Assembly: GCF_009914755.1 (NCBI RefSeq) | Contig: NC_060945.1 | Source of the DNA: the human T2T-CHM13v2.0 reference genome, Homo sapiens | Direction: 5' to 3' (one strand) | Length of the DNA stretch: 64,000 nucleotides | Shown here: piece after piece, positions 29,130-44,125 of the stretch | How the letters are laid out: every line of letters begins with the position of its first letter | Position numbering within the stretch: position 1 is the stretch's first letter | Made by a program: the position numbers and the translations under genes | Notes under the pieces: model-generated | The model's database searches: none | The model's input: only the letters and a program-made list of their open reading frames with translations | What the model was told of the DNA's origin: nothing

Positions 29130-29485
29130 TACTCATGTGCTGCACAATGATTTTTTTGTCAACAAAGGACTGAATATATGACAGTGGTCCCATAAAATTA
29201 TGACACTACATTTTCACTGTACCTTTTTCTATGCTTAGATATTTTTACATAGACAAATATTTACCATTGTGTTACAATTGCCTCCAGTATTCAATACCGT
29301 AGCATGCTGTACAGGTTTGTAACTTATTGCTTCTAGGTTATAAACCTATGCTACACTCCATATAGCCTACGTGTGTAGCAGGCTATACCATCTAAGTTTG
29401 GACTCTATAATGTCCAAGCAATGACAGAATCACCTAAATATGCATTTCTCAGAGGATATTCCCATTGTTAAATGATGAATGACTG
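29130..29485 (+). mobile_element. Tigger3/Golem-derived MITE
   Basis: TIR remnants (ctcatgtgctgcacaatga / ttgttaaatgatgaatgactg) flanked by TA, plus diagnostic gacagtggtcccataa. Confidence 0.8.
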
Positions 29486-29767
29486 TATTAGCAAATAATT
29501 ATTAACAGAAAAACAGTAAACCCATTAGCCAAGATTAGGTGGACAGATTACAACACATGCGTATATGTTCCTGTATTTTATATTCCTTCACAACAGTGCA
29601 CTAACTAATCCAAGTAGCTGAATAAAATTAATCACTATTTCATGCTGTTCCACATAGAATATAATGTTTGTAAATTAACTCAAGACCAACAGTTTCTTTG
29701 CCTTCTGAACAAATTTGAAACATCTGTTCTAGGCCTGTGTTCATGTGCAATTTTTGAATTTAGATAC

Positions 29768-31024
29768 TGTATTAGTCTGTTCTCATGTGGCTATGGAGAA
29801 ATACCCAAGACTTGGTAATTTATAAAGAAAAGAGGTTCAACTGACTCAACAGGTCTGCATTGCTGAGGAGGCCTCAGGAAACTTACAAACATGGCAGAAG
29901 GGAAAGCAACATGACCTACTTCATATGGTGGCAGGAGAGAGAAGAATGAGAATCGAGCAAATAGAGAAGCCCCATATAAAACCATCAGATCTCTTGAGAA
30001 CTTACTCTCTATCAAGAGAATAATATGGGGGAAACCACCCCTGTGATTCAATTATCTCCACCTGGTCCCGCCCTTGACAGGTGGGGATTATTACAATTCA
30101 AGGTGAGACTTCGGTAGGAACACAGAGTTAAACCAAATCATTCCACCCCTGGCCTTCCCAAATCTCATGTTCTCACATTTCAAAACACAATTATGCCCTT
30201 CCAACAGTCCCCCAAAGTCTTAACTCATTCCAATATTCACCCAAAAGTCCAAGTCCAAAGTCTCATTTGAGACAAGGTTAGTCCCTTCCACCTATGAGCC
30301 TGTAAAATCAAAAGCAAGTTAGTTACTTCCTAGATACAATGGGGGTACAAGCATTGGGTAAATACACCCATTCCAAATGAGAGCAATTGGCCAAAACAAA
30401 GGGGCTACAGGCCCCATCCAAGTCTGAAATCCAATAGGGCAGTCATTAAACCCTAAAGTTCCAAAATGATCCCCTTTAACTCATGTCTCACATTCAGGAC
30501 ACGCTGATGCAAGAGGTGAGCTCCCATAGCTTTAGGCAGCTCCACCCCTGCGGCTTTGCAGGGTACGGCCCCTCTTCCAGCTGCTTTCATGGCTAGCGTT
30601 GGGTGTCTGCAGGTTTTCCAGGTGCATGGTGCAAGCTGTCAGTGGATCTACCAATCTAGAGTCTGGAGGAATGTAGCCTTTTTTTCACAGCTCCACGAGG
30701 CAGTGCCCCAGTGGGAACTCTGTATAGGGCTCCAATCCCACATTTCCTTTCCACACTGCCCTAGCAGAGGTTCTCCATGAGGGCTCTGCCCCTGCACCAG
30801 ATTTCCACTTGGAGCTCCAGGCATTTCCACACACCCTCTGAAATCTAGGTGGAGGTTCCCAAACCTCAATTCTTGTCTTCTGCAACCTACAGAACCAACA
30901 AGAATAGTATGGGGGAAACCACTCCCATGATTCAATTATCTCAACCTGGTCCAATCCTTGACACGTGGGGATTACTACAATTCAAGGTGAGATTTGGGTG
31001 GGGACAAACAGCCAAACTATATCA
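29768..31024 (-). mobile_element. THE1C/D-type MaLR: complete LTR (29768-30140), partial internal region and truncated second LTR
   Basis: tgtattagtctgttctca...aaaccaaatca LTR; THE1 internal sequence; second LTR end at 31024; 5-bp TSD gatac/ggtac. Confidence 0.9.
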
Positions 31025-32776
31025 GGTACTCTCCTATCTCTAGGTTTTTGATACATGCTTTCTGTTCCCTGACTGTATTGCCTTGCTTTCAAATACTTCC
31101 TTGATTCTTCTCTGGGCTCCAACAGTACATTAAGTGATCTTCTTTTATAAAACATTTTACTAGAAGCTACAATTATGCATGAGTCTCCAGTATTCTGTGA
31201 CTTTCTTGAGAACAAAATACTGTCTGTGTCAGTTTGGATCCCCATTATTTTGAGAAATGCCTGAATAAGTTTGATGCTGAATAATTTGAATAAGCAATTG
31301 AATCAATTTAATAGCCAAAAATCCTGTTTTTGATAAGAATAAATAATAGATCATGTGTGAATGTGTATGTATATACATACATAAATACAATTGTAAGCAA
31401 TTTAAAGTAATGAACAATTATGGAATAATATTAGTTATTATTTTAGAACATTCAGTGTTCAAAATTAGGTGAAAAGGGCCGAAAAGTTTCTCTCAATAAA
31501 AGATGGGTCTTGACGAAAGTCAAGAATTTGGATTGGAATTTTTGTTTAATTTCTTTTATCTTCTTTGGGTGACGGAAGGTTAGTTTAAAAAGGGAAAGGA
31601 AAACGGATAATTGTTACTCTTTCACTACCAGTTCTATACGACTGTTAAATCATCTGCAATGTCTTTATTAACTTTAAGAAAATTACATTTATACAATCTA
31701 ATATTAAACATATGTTTATCCAAAATTTTAAACATTTTGCTGGACTTGTAACCCAGGGTACTATCTCAGGATAATCATGGCATCCCTTGATGGAATGGTT
31801 TTTATGTTACTTCAGTACACAGGTATTTTATATTTTCGTTATGGTGAACTTATCATTATTTTCTTTGTGGATTCCAATGTTTGAAAGGTTTACCTACTAT
31901 TATGAGCTATGGCTACTTTTTATATTTTAATATCGTTTCAGATTTTACCTGTGCTAATAATACTGTAACATTAAATACTTTCACTGCCATTGTTTGTGAA
32001 TGTGCAAATAAATAAGTAGTCAGGGACTTTCTCCTGGCTCACAGAGTTTAGATGTCACTATGTACTCAGGTCCAAGGTCCATCGCACATTAATTTAGTTA
32101 ATTAGTTAATTTATGTACTGTAACTACCTATACTGTGACAGCAGTAAATGTTGGAAATAGCAACCATGCTTCCTGAAACCCTAATGTGTTCAATAACCAG
32201 TCAAAACTTAAGCCAAATTGCTCTGTCTATCCACAACAAAATACACTTTTATATTTCTTTTAATCACTAGATATGGTGTCTGTGAGCCTTTTGAAAATCG
32301 TTTCATCATTTAATGGCTAGTCAGAAGTCTAGCACAGCAGGTTGGAAACCACAACTATATGGTAGTGTGCCCGTTTATATCATTCTTTTATTTAAGAAAA
32401 AAATAATTTTCTAGTTTAAGAATTTATTAAACACAGAAATATATATTCAACAAGCTCAAGCCAAGAGCATTCTTTTATATAATTATATAACCTTAAAATA
32501 TGTACACACACTTGCACATACATATGTACATACATAAAAAGTTAAATAAAAGATTGAGAAAAAAACAAAACCCTCCCCTATTGTTTGGGAGCCTTGTAGG
32601 TGGGAATAGTTCTCTGAAACACTAAAATTGTGTCACTCTATTTAAAGAAGTCACATCACTGTGAACATGATATTAACTGAAAACTGGAGGGAATTAGAAG
32701 GCAATATGGTTAGGAAAAACACTCCAATGAGAGTCATAAGAGAGAGAAAGACACAAAGTCGTCTTTTACTCTTTAA

Positions 32777-33037
<261 letters not shown>

Positions 33038-33278
33038 TACGCTTAGAACTTTTAAAGTCACTAGTTGTTTAGAGTAAGGGTGCCTCTTTAACATATGTTA
33101 TCTTTCTCTGTAAAATAAAGGAATTAGAATATAACATATGAGATCCTTTTAATATTTAACATTTTAAGACTCTCTAGATTAAAAAATAAACTACACTATT
33201 TAAATTATCTGTTGGATGGGATACTGAGGAAAGCAAACATTGAATATATGAGAGAAGAAAATAGTAAATTTTACTTAC

Positions 33279-33390
33279 TCATAAAGCCTTGGCTCTTCAA
33301 TCATTCCAAGCTGATTTAATAATTTAAATGAAAACGAGCCATCCATCATAGTTTTATCTGGAACAATTATACTGAGAACAAAATAATAGG
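33279..33390 (-). CDS. LIPI: LIPI exon 8 (112 nt, phase 1-2): TYYFVLSIIVPDKTMMDGSFSFKLLNQLGMIEEPRLYE, start of the PLAT domain
   Basis: Minus strand: tttttattttgtag|CCTATTAT...CTTTATGA|gtaagt. Joins exons 7 and 9 in frame. Confidence 0.94.
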
Positions 33391-36300
33391 CTACAAAATA
33401 AAAATATAGAATACAACTCACATTATTTTTTAATTTTTGGTTTTGGTACATATTCAGATATATATATATGTGTATGTATAGATAGATATGTAATCTAGGC
33501 TCATATTACATATGCAAATAATATTATTGAGAGGACTCATTTGGTAAATGGGTAATATATTTTACCTTTTGTTTGTCAATTTTTGACTACTCTTAAACAT
33601 GAGAGATGAAAAAGCCTGCCAGCCAGTAATGGGTATGGTGAAGTATTGAACAAATAGATCCTAAATACTGGCTTGTCTGAAAAACAAAAACTTTTCAGAA
33701 ATTAGGCCAATTAAGCAACTTTTACTTTTCAATAGCAGATCTAAGGTGAATATGGTAAGATTTCTTAATTATCTGATTAATAGTACCAGCTATTGCTTGC
33801 CAAACGTAAGTCCTAATTTCACTGGCTGTTCCAGAATGACTGTGAATATATATATAAGGTAAGGTCATAGCAGTTCTTATTCAAATTGCCTTTACTAAAC
33901 TTTGGTAGAGTATATCTTGCACAGGAAAGGATGCTGAACTCACTTCTATATATTGCCAGGCCTGTACAGGAAATTTTGACTACAGGAGTTATCCCAAGTT
34001 TTGTGCACCCCCCTTCTAGAACAGAACGGATTTATAATTGGATTTTCCCCATTTCTGACACAAGAGGTATAAGGAAACACTTCTCACTTTGAAGTTACCT
34101 CACAGCCTTAGGCAAAGTACTTTGATTCACCTTGCCCATATAAATGGGCATTCAGACTTGCTCAGATTATTTCTGACAGCACAGAATATTGAGATGTTAC
34201 AGATTAAGCCACCCTCCCACTATAAATACATGGAAATGCTAGGTGTACAATCCATGTTTCAATATGCAACCAAGCTCTGAAGAAGGAAGGGGAAGTGTCA
34301 GAAAGCAGAAACAAAGAGAAATTAAAGCCAAGGCCAGAAGAACTGAAGCCCTGGACCCCTCTGGGACTTCAGAGCCTGTTGTAGCATGAAGATGGAGGCT
34401 GAAGTGTCAACCTCCATGCAGGAACAGGAGAAATGATGCTAAAGGACAAAGCTGAAATGGAGGTCCCTGCACAGAGCCATAAACCTCATAATTGAAATTC
34501 CCTGACCCATCATTGAAAGAGGAACTAGGAAAATTCTTCCTATTTTTTCAGTCTGGGTCTTACGTGAAAACATAAATTGTTTCTTGAGATTAAATAAAAC
34601 TCCAGAAAACATGAAATTTAAGTTTACACTATTTATATGTTGAAAGACCCCCACAAATTTACATTAAAATGCTTCAGGATTGTGGTAATATGGTTCTGAA
34701 AAAAGAAAATCTGACTTGCTCTGAAGGGGAACTTTGAAGAAGAGCTGATTTCTGAGAGTTTTTTATATCAAAGATAGACATGAATCTCTATTTTGAAGTA
34801 GCACAAATAGGTTTTTTTTAATTAATTTTTAATCCAGACTTGACAAACCACTGAGACTGGAAAATAACAATATAAAAAAAATAAATCAATGAATACATTC
34901 AGTCTGATGAAATGATAGATTATCTTCACAGAAAAATTAGATAGAAGATAAATGAAAAAAAGTGTATCTGAAAACAAGAGAAGTCGTATTTTCAATGTGC
35001 TGAGCATATAAACTTTCAATATAGAATTCTGTCCTAAACTATCTTTTCATTTCTGACTGAGGGAAGGATAAGGACATTTTCAGGAAAGACAAAAAAAGAA
35101 AAAGACTGAGAAAGACTACTATTGAAAAGCTACTACTAGGATATACTTCAGCAAGAAAAACGTTAAAACCAGAAGGAAGGAGTTGAAGGAGGGAATAAGA
35201 CAAAATGTAGAAAACTGAAATTGGTAAATATAAGGAAGTATTTGATGATACTATTTATAATTAATATGTATTATTAAATGAGAAATGGAAGGAAAATACT
35301 ACAGGATATAATATTGAAGATAGAAAAGAAGAATAAAGATTCTAAGGCTCTCTGAGGCAACTTGTAGCTGTGACAGAGTCTGATAAAATAGTCTGTGAAG
35401 CAAGATCCATATTCATGTATAAATGCATAAAAAGCAAAAAAATAAGTTAGTCGCTGAGAAAATATGATGTCCCAAAAGTTTTATGCATCTAAAAATCACG
35501 GCCTTGGAATATCTAAAGCCAACACCTAAACAGAGGAACTGCCCGCTAAAATAAAAGTTTTAAATAGATCTCAGATTTTGACACAAGAGATACAATGTCC
35601 AAGATATGATCAAAAATTGCCCATAATACCAAGAACAAAGAAAATCACAACATTGTTAAGAAAATTACCTGATGCTAACCCTGAGATAAATTAGATGCTG
35701 AGATTATCTGACATTTATTTTAAAGGAGCCATCACAATAATGATTCAAAGTTAACATGTCTCTTGAAAAAATGAGAAAAAATTAAAACCTTAGCAAAGAA
35801 AAAAAGTTGTAAAAGAAAAAATGAAGTTACAGAAACAAAGGTGGCTCCATCGTGCAATGAATAGTGCATTGGACTTCCAAAATTACAGAAACAAAAAATA
35901 CAATTGCAGATACAAAACTCACATGATATACTCAATAGTGAGTAGAGATAATAAAAGAAGAAATCAGTGAACTTGAGGGCCAGTCAATCTTAATGACAGA
36001 GAGAAAAAGATGGAGAAAAATAAATGAACAAAGCCTCAGGGATCTGTGGGACTATAATAAAAGATGTAATATTTCTGCTATTAGAGTGTCCGAAAGAGAA
36101 GAGAGTGTGGGGCTGTGACATGATGCCTGGAAACTTTCTAAATTTGGTGAAAAAAATAAACACAGATTGAAAAAGCTAAGTGAACCTGAAATATAATAAA
36201 CCTCATGAAATTCTAACCAAGAGACATCATAATAAAGCTGCAAAAGTAAAAACAAAGAAATAAAAGTCTTGAAAGCAGCCAGAAAGAAATGATGCATTAC

Positions 36301-36827
36301 CTACAGGAGAACACCAGTTTGAATCATAATGGATTTCACATCTGAAAGTCATGGAGGTCAAAAGAAAATATAACATTTTTCAAGTGCTGAAAGAAAATAC
36401 TGCCAACCTCAAATCTTACATCCAACAAAACTGTCCTTTGAGAATGAAGGGGAAATAGAGACATTGTCAGACAAAGAAACAGTAAAAAACAAATCTCACT
36501 AGCAGAATTATCCTTAGAGATAGTCAGAAGTAATTTCTTCATACAGAAAGGAATTAATGAAATAATCATGAATCATTATGAAGAAAGAATGAACAATGAG
36601 AAGAGAATAAATATGGGTACATACAATAGGTTATCTTTTTCTCATTGATTTTGTAAATGTTAAGGATTGAAACAAAAATTTTTACACAATCTAATATTCA
36701 AAATCATGATAATTAAATGTGGGGAATGTAAAGGGGCCTACATGGAAGTGAGGTTTCCACATTTTACTTCAAATGGTTAAATGTTGGAATCATTAAACAG
36801 TGATGAATAATGTATGCATATTGTAAT

Positions 36828-38790
36828 TGTTGTAGGCCTCCCCAAATATATCCTTGTCCTAATCCCTGGAACCTACAAGTATGTTATCTTATATAGCAAA
36901 GGATAATTAAGATTGCAAATAAAATTAGAGTTGCTAACCAGCTGTTCTTAAAATAGCGACATTTTATTGAATTATCTAGGTGGACCCAATGTAATCACAA
37001 GGGGCCTTAAAAGAGGAAGAGGAAGAGGAAGACAAAAGAGGAGAATCAGAAACAGAGATGTCGTGCAGAAAAAGGGTCAAAATGATATAATATGAAGACT
37101 CAGCCCACTAATGTGAATGAAAAGGCCACAAGCCAACAAATATGAACAATTTCTAGAGCTGGAAAAGTTAAGAAAGTATATTCTCCCCTGAGCCTCCAGA
37201 AAGGAATGCACCTGCTAACACCTTGACTTTAGCACAGTGACATCTGTATTAGACTTCTGGACTACCGAACTTTAAGATAGTATATTTGTGTTGTTTTAAG
37301 CCACCAAATTTGTGGTAATTTGTTAGTGTAGTTATAGAAAATCAATATACATTTTGATACAAATAATGTGATATAGCTATAAAAAACATATACAAGTGGA
37401 AAAGTGGCTTCTAAATTAGAAATAAGAAGAAGCTGGAAAAATTTTTAGGAACATAATAGGAAAGCCTAGATTTCCTTGAATAAATTGTTAGTTTATTCAA
37501 CTAACTAGAAATGTGCTAGTAAGGACACAGGAGGAAATAAGGAACATGGCAGAGAAAATACACATTACAAAAAGGCTGTTGGTGAGAAATATGGATGTCT
37601 AATGGAATGAATAAGGATGTTAATCTTGCCGTCATTGAGGACTCAAACGGAAATTAGAAATATATTATTGGAAACTGGTAGAAGAAGAATCCTCACTACA
37701 TCGTGGCAGGTAGCTTAGTGGAATTATGTACTGCAATTTATGTGGAAAGCAGAAATTGTAAATGAAGAAATTGGAAATTTAACCAAGGGGATTTATAAGA
37801 CAGGGGTTGAAAGTGTGGCCAGATTTCTCCTTGGTGCTCATCATGAATTGTGTGAGGAAAGACAGAAATTGAGATGAAACCGTTAAATTAAAAAGAATCC
37901 TGACTTGCTGATTTGGGAAATCCTCAGCCTAGCAAGTTTACTAAGATACCCATGTTAAGAAATTTATCAATGGGAAATGAAGCTCTAGAGAAAAAGCTGA
38001 GGGTGTAGCTGGCACAACCTTTTCCCTCAGAAAGATTTTAAAAATCAGAGCATTTAGTCACACAAAAGGGTCTTTGAAAATATTAAGCACATGACTCACA
38101 GATTCCTTTAGCCATCTTGGCAGAGGCCAATAATAGAGGCAGGATTGTCTAGAAAAAATATGGAGGAGTCTCTTTTTTAATAGAATGACTCTCTGTGACA
38201 TATACGGAGATCCACCAGGCTTTGGAGAACGTTATAGTGGTATAAATAGTGCCAACTTGGACTAAAAGCAACAGAGTATAAAATGAGAAAAAGTTTTGAG
38301 GCCTGGAAAACGTCTACAAACAAGAAACAAGATGAAAAAACTACTCAGATGCAAACATATGCTACCATTTCTACATTTAAAGAAGAAGGGGGTGAAAGAA
38401 AGAGAGAAGGACTCTAAGAGACCAACATGCGAAGCCATGAACCCAGGGAGCAGAGCCATGAACCACAGAGAATTATTCCCAGGCCTTTAAATCAGATGGA
38501 GTTTGCCTGGCTGAATTTAAAAATTGCATGGAGTGTTGACTCTATTTTTCTTCTACTTTTCTTCTCTTTGAACAAGAATGCTATAACTGGTATCGTATCC
38601 CTGTCTCATCACTGTATTTGAGGGGGAGGTAATTTGATTCCTGAGATTCACAGGTTCACAGATGAAGAAAAATTATGTCCAAGTACTTATATCCAGAGCT
38701 GTAGCCAAATCTGATTTAGATGAATTAGGCAACAAGATTTAGAACTTTGTATCTGTTGAGTTTAGAGGAGATTTTTTACTTTAAGTTGAT
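36828..38790 (+). mobile_element. MLT1 (MaLR) LTR (36828-37351) plus internal sequence
   Basis: tcctaatccctggaacct...ttgttttaagccaccaaatttgtggtaatttgtt LTR hallmarks, followed by MLT-int-like sequence. Confidence 0.78.
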
Positions 38791-41700
38791 GCTGTAATGA
38801 CTTGATGATGTCTGAGATCAACCAACAAAATATTACTTTATACCCAAAAAAGCAGAATACACATGTATTGCCAGTACACATGAAGCATGAGCCTAAAGAG
38901 ATCAATGCTTGACTACTAAAATACCTCAGGACGTTGTTAAAAAATTTATACAGAGTTTGATTTCTAGCCATAATAAAATTAATCTAAAGGTCAGTAACAG
39001 ACAACAGGAAAATTTCTAAACTGTGGAAATTCAACAGCGTGCTTATAAATAACCCATGGTCAAAGAAGAGTTCTCTAAAAAATACATAGAACAGAATAAA
39101 AAAGATACAACATATCAAAACACATGAGACACAAATCAGGCAGTACTGAGAGGAAATTTCACAGACTAAATGATTACATTAGAAATGAAGAAATATCTGA
39201 GGCCAATAATTTAAGTTTCTGCCTCAAGAAAATAGAAAAAGAACAAAATAAACCCAAATAGAGTAGAAGAAAAGATGTGTGTGTAGAAATATATATTTTA
39301 TATATATATTAAAATATATATATGTGTGTGTAGAAATATATATATAGAGAGAGAACAAAGCAGAAATTAATGAAATTTAATAACAGAACATGACAGAAAA
39401 TTAAACAAAAATCTGATTCTTGAATAAAAACCAATAAAATCGATAAACCATTTTGTCTAGCAAGACAGACAAAATAAAAAGAATCAAGACACAAATCACT
39501 GTTAGGAATAAAACAAAAGGCATTACTAAAGATAATGCAATCATTAAAAAGATAAATTTTAAAAAACCTACTGTTCATAATTCAACACCTTAAAAAAAAG
39601 GACCAATTCCCCAAAAACCACAAACTACAAAACCTCAACCAAGCTGAAATAGATAATCCAAATAGTCTTAAAATTATTAAATAAATTAAATTTGTAGTAA
39701 AAACTTCCTCCCAAAAAAGTCTCCAGACCCAAATGGTTTCACTGGAAAATTCTGCCAAACATTTAAAGAATTAACACAAATCTTGCACGATCTCTTTCAG
39801 AACAGACAACAGAGAAGGGAAAACTTGCCCACTTTTTTTATGACGTTGTATTATTATAGTAGTACGAATACACTATTACTGTTATGCCAAAACCAGACAA
39901 AGACAATAAGAAAGGAACACTACTAACAAATACCTCTTATGAACTTAGAAAAATTCTCAACAAAATATTAACGAATGAAATTCAACAATGTATTTTAAAA
40001 TACGCACTAAGCCCAAGTAGAATTTATTACTGGAATGCAAAGCTTGTTCAACATTCTAGAATCAATTAATATAGTTCAACATATCAACAAACTAAAGAAA
40101 AAAATTATATGATCATATCAATTATGCATAAAAAGCATATGGCAAAATCCAACACATATTTATGAGGTAAAATTCTTGGCAAGTTAGGAATAGAGGGGAA
40201 CTAACTCAATTTTATAGTGTATCTACAAAAAAAACTATAAGTCACATCACACTTTAATGGCAAAAGATTGGATTTTTTTTTTCTCTAAGGCAAAGGTATC
40301 TGTGCTTACCACTATTATTCAAAATAGCACTGGAAGTTCTAGCCATGGCAGCAAGTAGATTTAAAAAAATTAAATGCACACAGATTGTAATAGAAGAAAT
40401 AAAAGCATTCTTATTTGCAGAAAACATAATTGCTTACATAGAAAATTCCAATGAATCTATTGTTTTAACCTAGAAACAATAAATGAATTCAGCAAGTTCC
40501 CAGGAAACAAATTCAACACAAAAGATGCGATCTCATTACTATATACCAACATTGAATGTGGAGATACCAAAATTTAGAAATACATTTTACAATTACTCCC
40601 CAAAATGAATATGTGGTATATACACAACAAAAGATGCACAGGATCTGTATGTTGAAAATTGTAAAATGCTGACTGAAGAAATCAAAGAATCAAAGTATAT
40701 GGAAAGACATACCATATTCATGAATTAGAATATTCAGCATGGTAAAGACATCAGCTCTCCCCGAATTGAAAGATGTGGTTAATGTAATTTCTGTTGAAAC
40801 CTCAGACAAATTTTTGCAAATATAGACAACGTTATGCTAAAATTTATATTGAAATGTACATACACTAGAAGATCTAAAATAATCATGACAAAGAAGAATG
40901 AAGAGGAAATAATCAGTCTACTTGATATTAATGCTTACTATATAGCTACATTAATTAAATGCTATGTGGTACTAGAAAAAGAAATGAACACATACATAAA
41001 TGAAAAAATATACATATCAAAATACAGACCCAACACAAATAGGTACAAACATATGTCAATAAACATATCGATATATATTGATATCTATATTATATATCTC
41101 ATCTACAGAGATATATTTTAACCAATTGTTGATAAAGATGCAAAAGCACTTAATAAAAGAGAATCTATCAACAAATGATGCTGGAGCTATAAAAAAAACT
41201 AAATAGAAATGGATTTCAGATGTAAATGTAACACATAGAACTATTATTTTTAGAAAAAATTACAGGAGAAAACCCTCAGGACCTAGGGCTCAACACAGAG
41301 TTCTTAGACTTGACACCTAAAGCGTGATACATACCTAAAATAATGATCAATTACTCCTCATCAAAACTAATCACTTTTTCTCTGCCCATGCTTTTGTGAA
41401 ACAGATAAAAAGACAAGTTACAAACTGTATGAAAATATTTGTAGATCAAATATTGACAAGGACTAGTTTAGAAATTATATAAAGAATTATCAAAAGTCAA
41501 CAGCTTAAAAAAAAGCCCAATTGAAAAATATCCAAAAGACACGAATACACATTTCACCAAAGGTGATAAGTAGAAGAAATAGTCAATATAATCATCCATC
41601 AGGGCAATGAATACTAAAACCACTGAAGCATCACTGTATGCCTGTCAGAATGCGTAAGAATTTTTAAAATAATGACACCACCAAATTCTGAAAAAAATCA

Positions 41701-41969
41701 GAAAAATTAGATCACTTATATTTTAATTGGGATAATGTAAAGTGGTACAGTCACTCCAAAAAAATGTTAAATTTTTTCAAAGCTAAATGTGCAATTAGTT
41801 TCTGTCCCAGCAATAACACTCCTGGGAATTTATGACAGATAAATGAAGACATATTCACACAAAAACTTATACACTATATTCAAGCAGCTTTATTTGTCAT
41901 AGCCAAAACCTAAAAACATCCCAGATGCTCTTCAACAGGTGATTGGTTAAACAAATGGTGGCACATCCT

Positions 41970-42660
41970 GTATCTATGTAAATGTATATGTATATTCCAT
42001 AAATAGTATCTATATATCCCTATAGATATATATGTAATATATAGTTATATATAATATATAGTGATATAGGTAATATCTATTATATATGACATATAATATC
42101 TATGTTATATATGTATATTATATATACATGAGTATAATATCAATATATATTATATATAGATATTATATAGCTATTATATATAGAAATAGATCTAATATAT
42201 AGATATCTATAATATATAGATATACAGATATAGATATAATATACATATCTATTATATATTAATATATTATATCTATTATATATATAATATATATCTATAT
42301 AATATATTAATATATAATATACATATATAATATATTAATATATAATATATACATTATTATATATTAATATATAATATATACATTATTATATATTAATGTA
42401 TAATATATACATTATTATATATTAATATATAATATATACATTATTATATATTAATATATAATATATACATTATTATATATTAATGTATAATATATACATT
42501 ATTATATATTAATGTATAATATATACATTATTATATATTAATGTATAATATATACATTATTATATATAATTACATATAATATAACATATATTATATTAAT
42601 ATAATATAGATATATAACATATAGATATATGTATTTCTCTATTTATAGATATATAGATAT
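41970..42660. repeat. AT-rich simple repeat containing a 29-bp minisatellite (attattatatattaatRtataatatatac, about 8 copies at ~42330-42565)
   Basis: Directly visible 29-nt periodicity, e.g. atattaat at 42361 and 42390. Confidence 0.9.
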
Positions 42661-44125
42661 ATTATTTCACTCAGCATAATTCCCTGGAGGTTCATCCCTG
42701 TAGCATGTATCAATGATTCACTATACCTTTAGTTGCTGAGTAGTATCCCATAGGAACATATCTCTACCCCTATTGATAGATAGATAGATAGATCAATATG
42801 TATTGATATATATATCATATCTCTGGATATATTACTATGGAATACTACTCAGCCACTAAAAGTATAGTGAATCACTGATACATGCTACATGGATGAACCT
42901 CCAGGGAACTATGCTGAGTGAAAAAATAAGCCAATTAAAAAGGTCACATGCTGGATGATTCTCTTTATATAACAATCTTGAAATAACAAAGTTCTAGAAA
43001 TGTGTGAATGGATACCGGGGGGATAGGGTACGTAGTTTTAAAGGCACAACACAAAGATTCCTTGTGGTGATGAACTGTTCAGCAGCTTCATTGTGGTGGT
43101 AGATACAGAGCCCTATAAATATGACTATTTTGTATGGAGCCAAATACACATATAGCCACACACGCAGGCAAGTGTATAGGAAAATCTGATTAAGATGGGT
43201 GCATTGTATCAATGTCAATATCCTGCTACTACTCTATGGCACTGCAAAATGTTTATCATTTAAGGAAACTAAAGTATATACAGTATCTCTGTGTATGATT
43301 TCTTACTTCTACATGTAAATCTAAAATTAACTCAATAAAATTTTTAATTTGAAAAATGGACAGCCCCAATTCTGTTTGACAGGACACATCACTAATGTTT
43401 GAAGAATAATATATTGAAGTTGGCAGTGACTGTGACTGGAAGACATTAAAAATGACTGACCTAAAATATTTTATGAGAATCTATTTTAAGTACTTATCTC
43501 TCAGTAATCAAAATTAATGACAGTAATTCAAAACTTCCTCCATAAGATTCTTCACATAAAAAGGACTCATTTTATTTACAAACCACTTCCAGTTTTTCAT
43601 TTCCAAACAGAATAATTTTGCTTTCTTTAATACTTCCTTATAAATCTATTATTTATTATATTTCTATGAGATTCTCTCTTCTTCTACAAGTTTTCTCCTC
43701 TTACCTAACTCTAAATGTATTATGAGGATTACTACTTTCTTGTCCTTTTTTATATTTATATATTAATAATCTAGTTTTATTAATAATGGGTGTTCAGACT
43801 GTATATATATATATATCATAGGCTCCTTAATATGTTACATGCCAAAATAACTCTAGAGGTGAAAAGGGCAATATGCAAATTTAGGATGAAGGAATGCAAC
43901 CTTGATTGTTTCTTTGGGAAAATATTACCCAAGCGTCTCTCCATTTTATCTAAAAAAAGATCAAGTCCTTAGTTGAATTTGTCCCACTGGCTATAGCAAA
44001 TTTTAAATTTGCCTGAAAGAACATGATGGAATTTGAGTGGGTGCAAAGAACACTTTGAATCAAATGTAGATTAGTGCAAAAAAAACTAAAAATTTGTTTA
44101 TTTGTTAAAATTGTTAATAACTTAC

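Larger units (their letters stand above)
35400..43335 (+). mobile_element. Long degraded L1M (L1MC-like): ORF1, ORF2 and 3'UTR, interrupted by MLT1 and an AT-rich array
   Basis: ORF1-like 35560-36560, ORF2-like 38800-41960 (e.g. ccagacccaaatggtttcactgg; cttatttgcagaaaacataattg), L1MC-type 3'UTR 42835-43335. Boundaries approximate. Confidence 0.75.

Noticed and set aside
33360-33390. Internal acceptor ttttgttctcag within exon 8 as the true exon start
   Set aside because: It lies 19 nt downstream of the upstream acceptor and would break the frame with exon 7. The upstream AG gives the continuous PFCTYYFVLSII.
42330-42565. Regular 29-bp repeats as a CRISPR-like array
   Set aside because: Head-to-tail units with no unique spacers, in eukaryotic DNA; it is a minisatellite.
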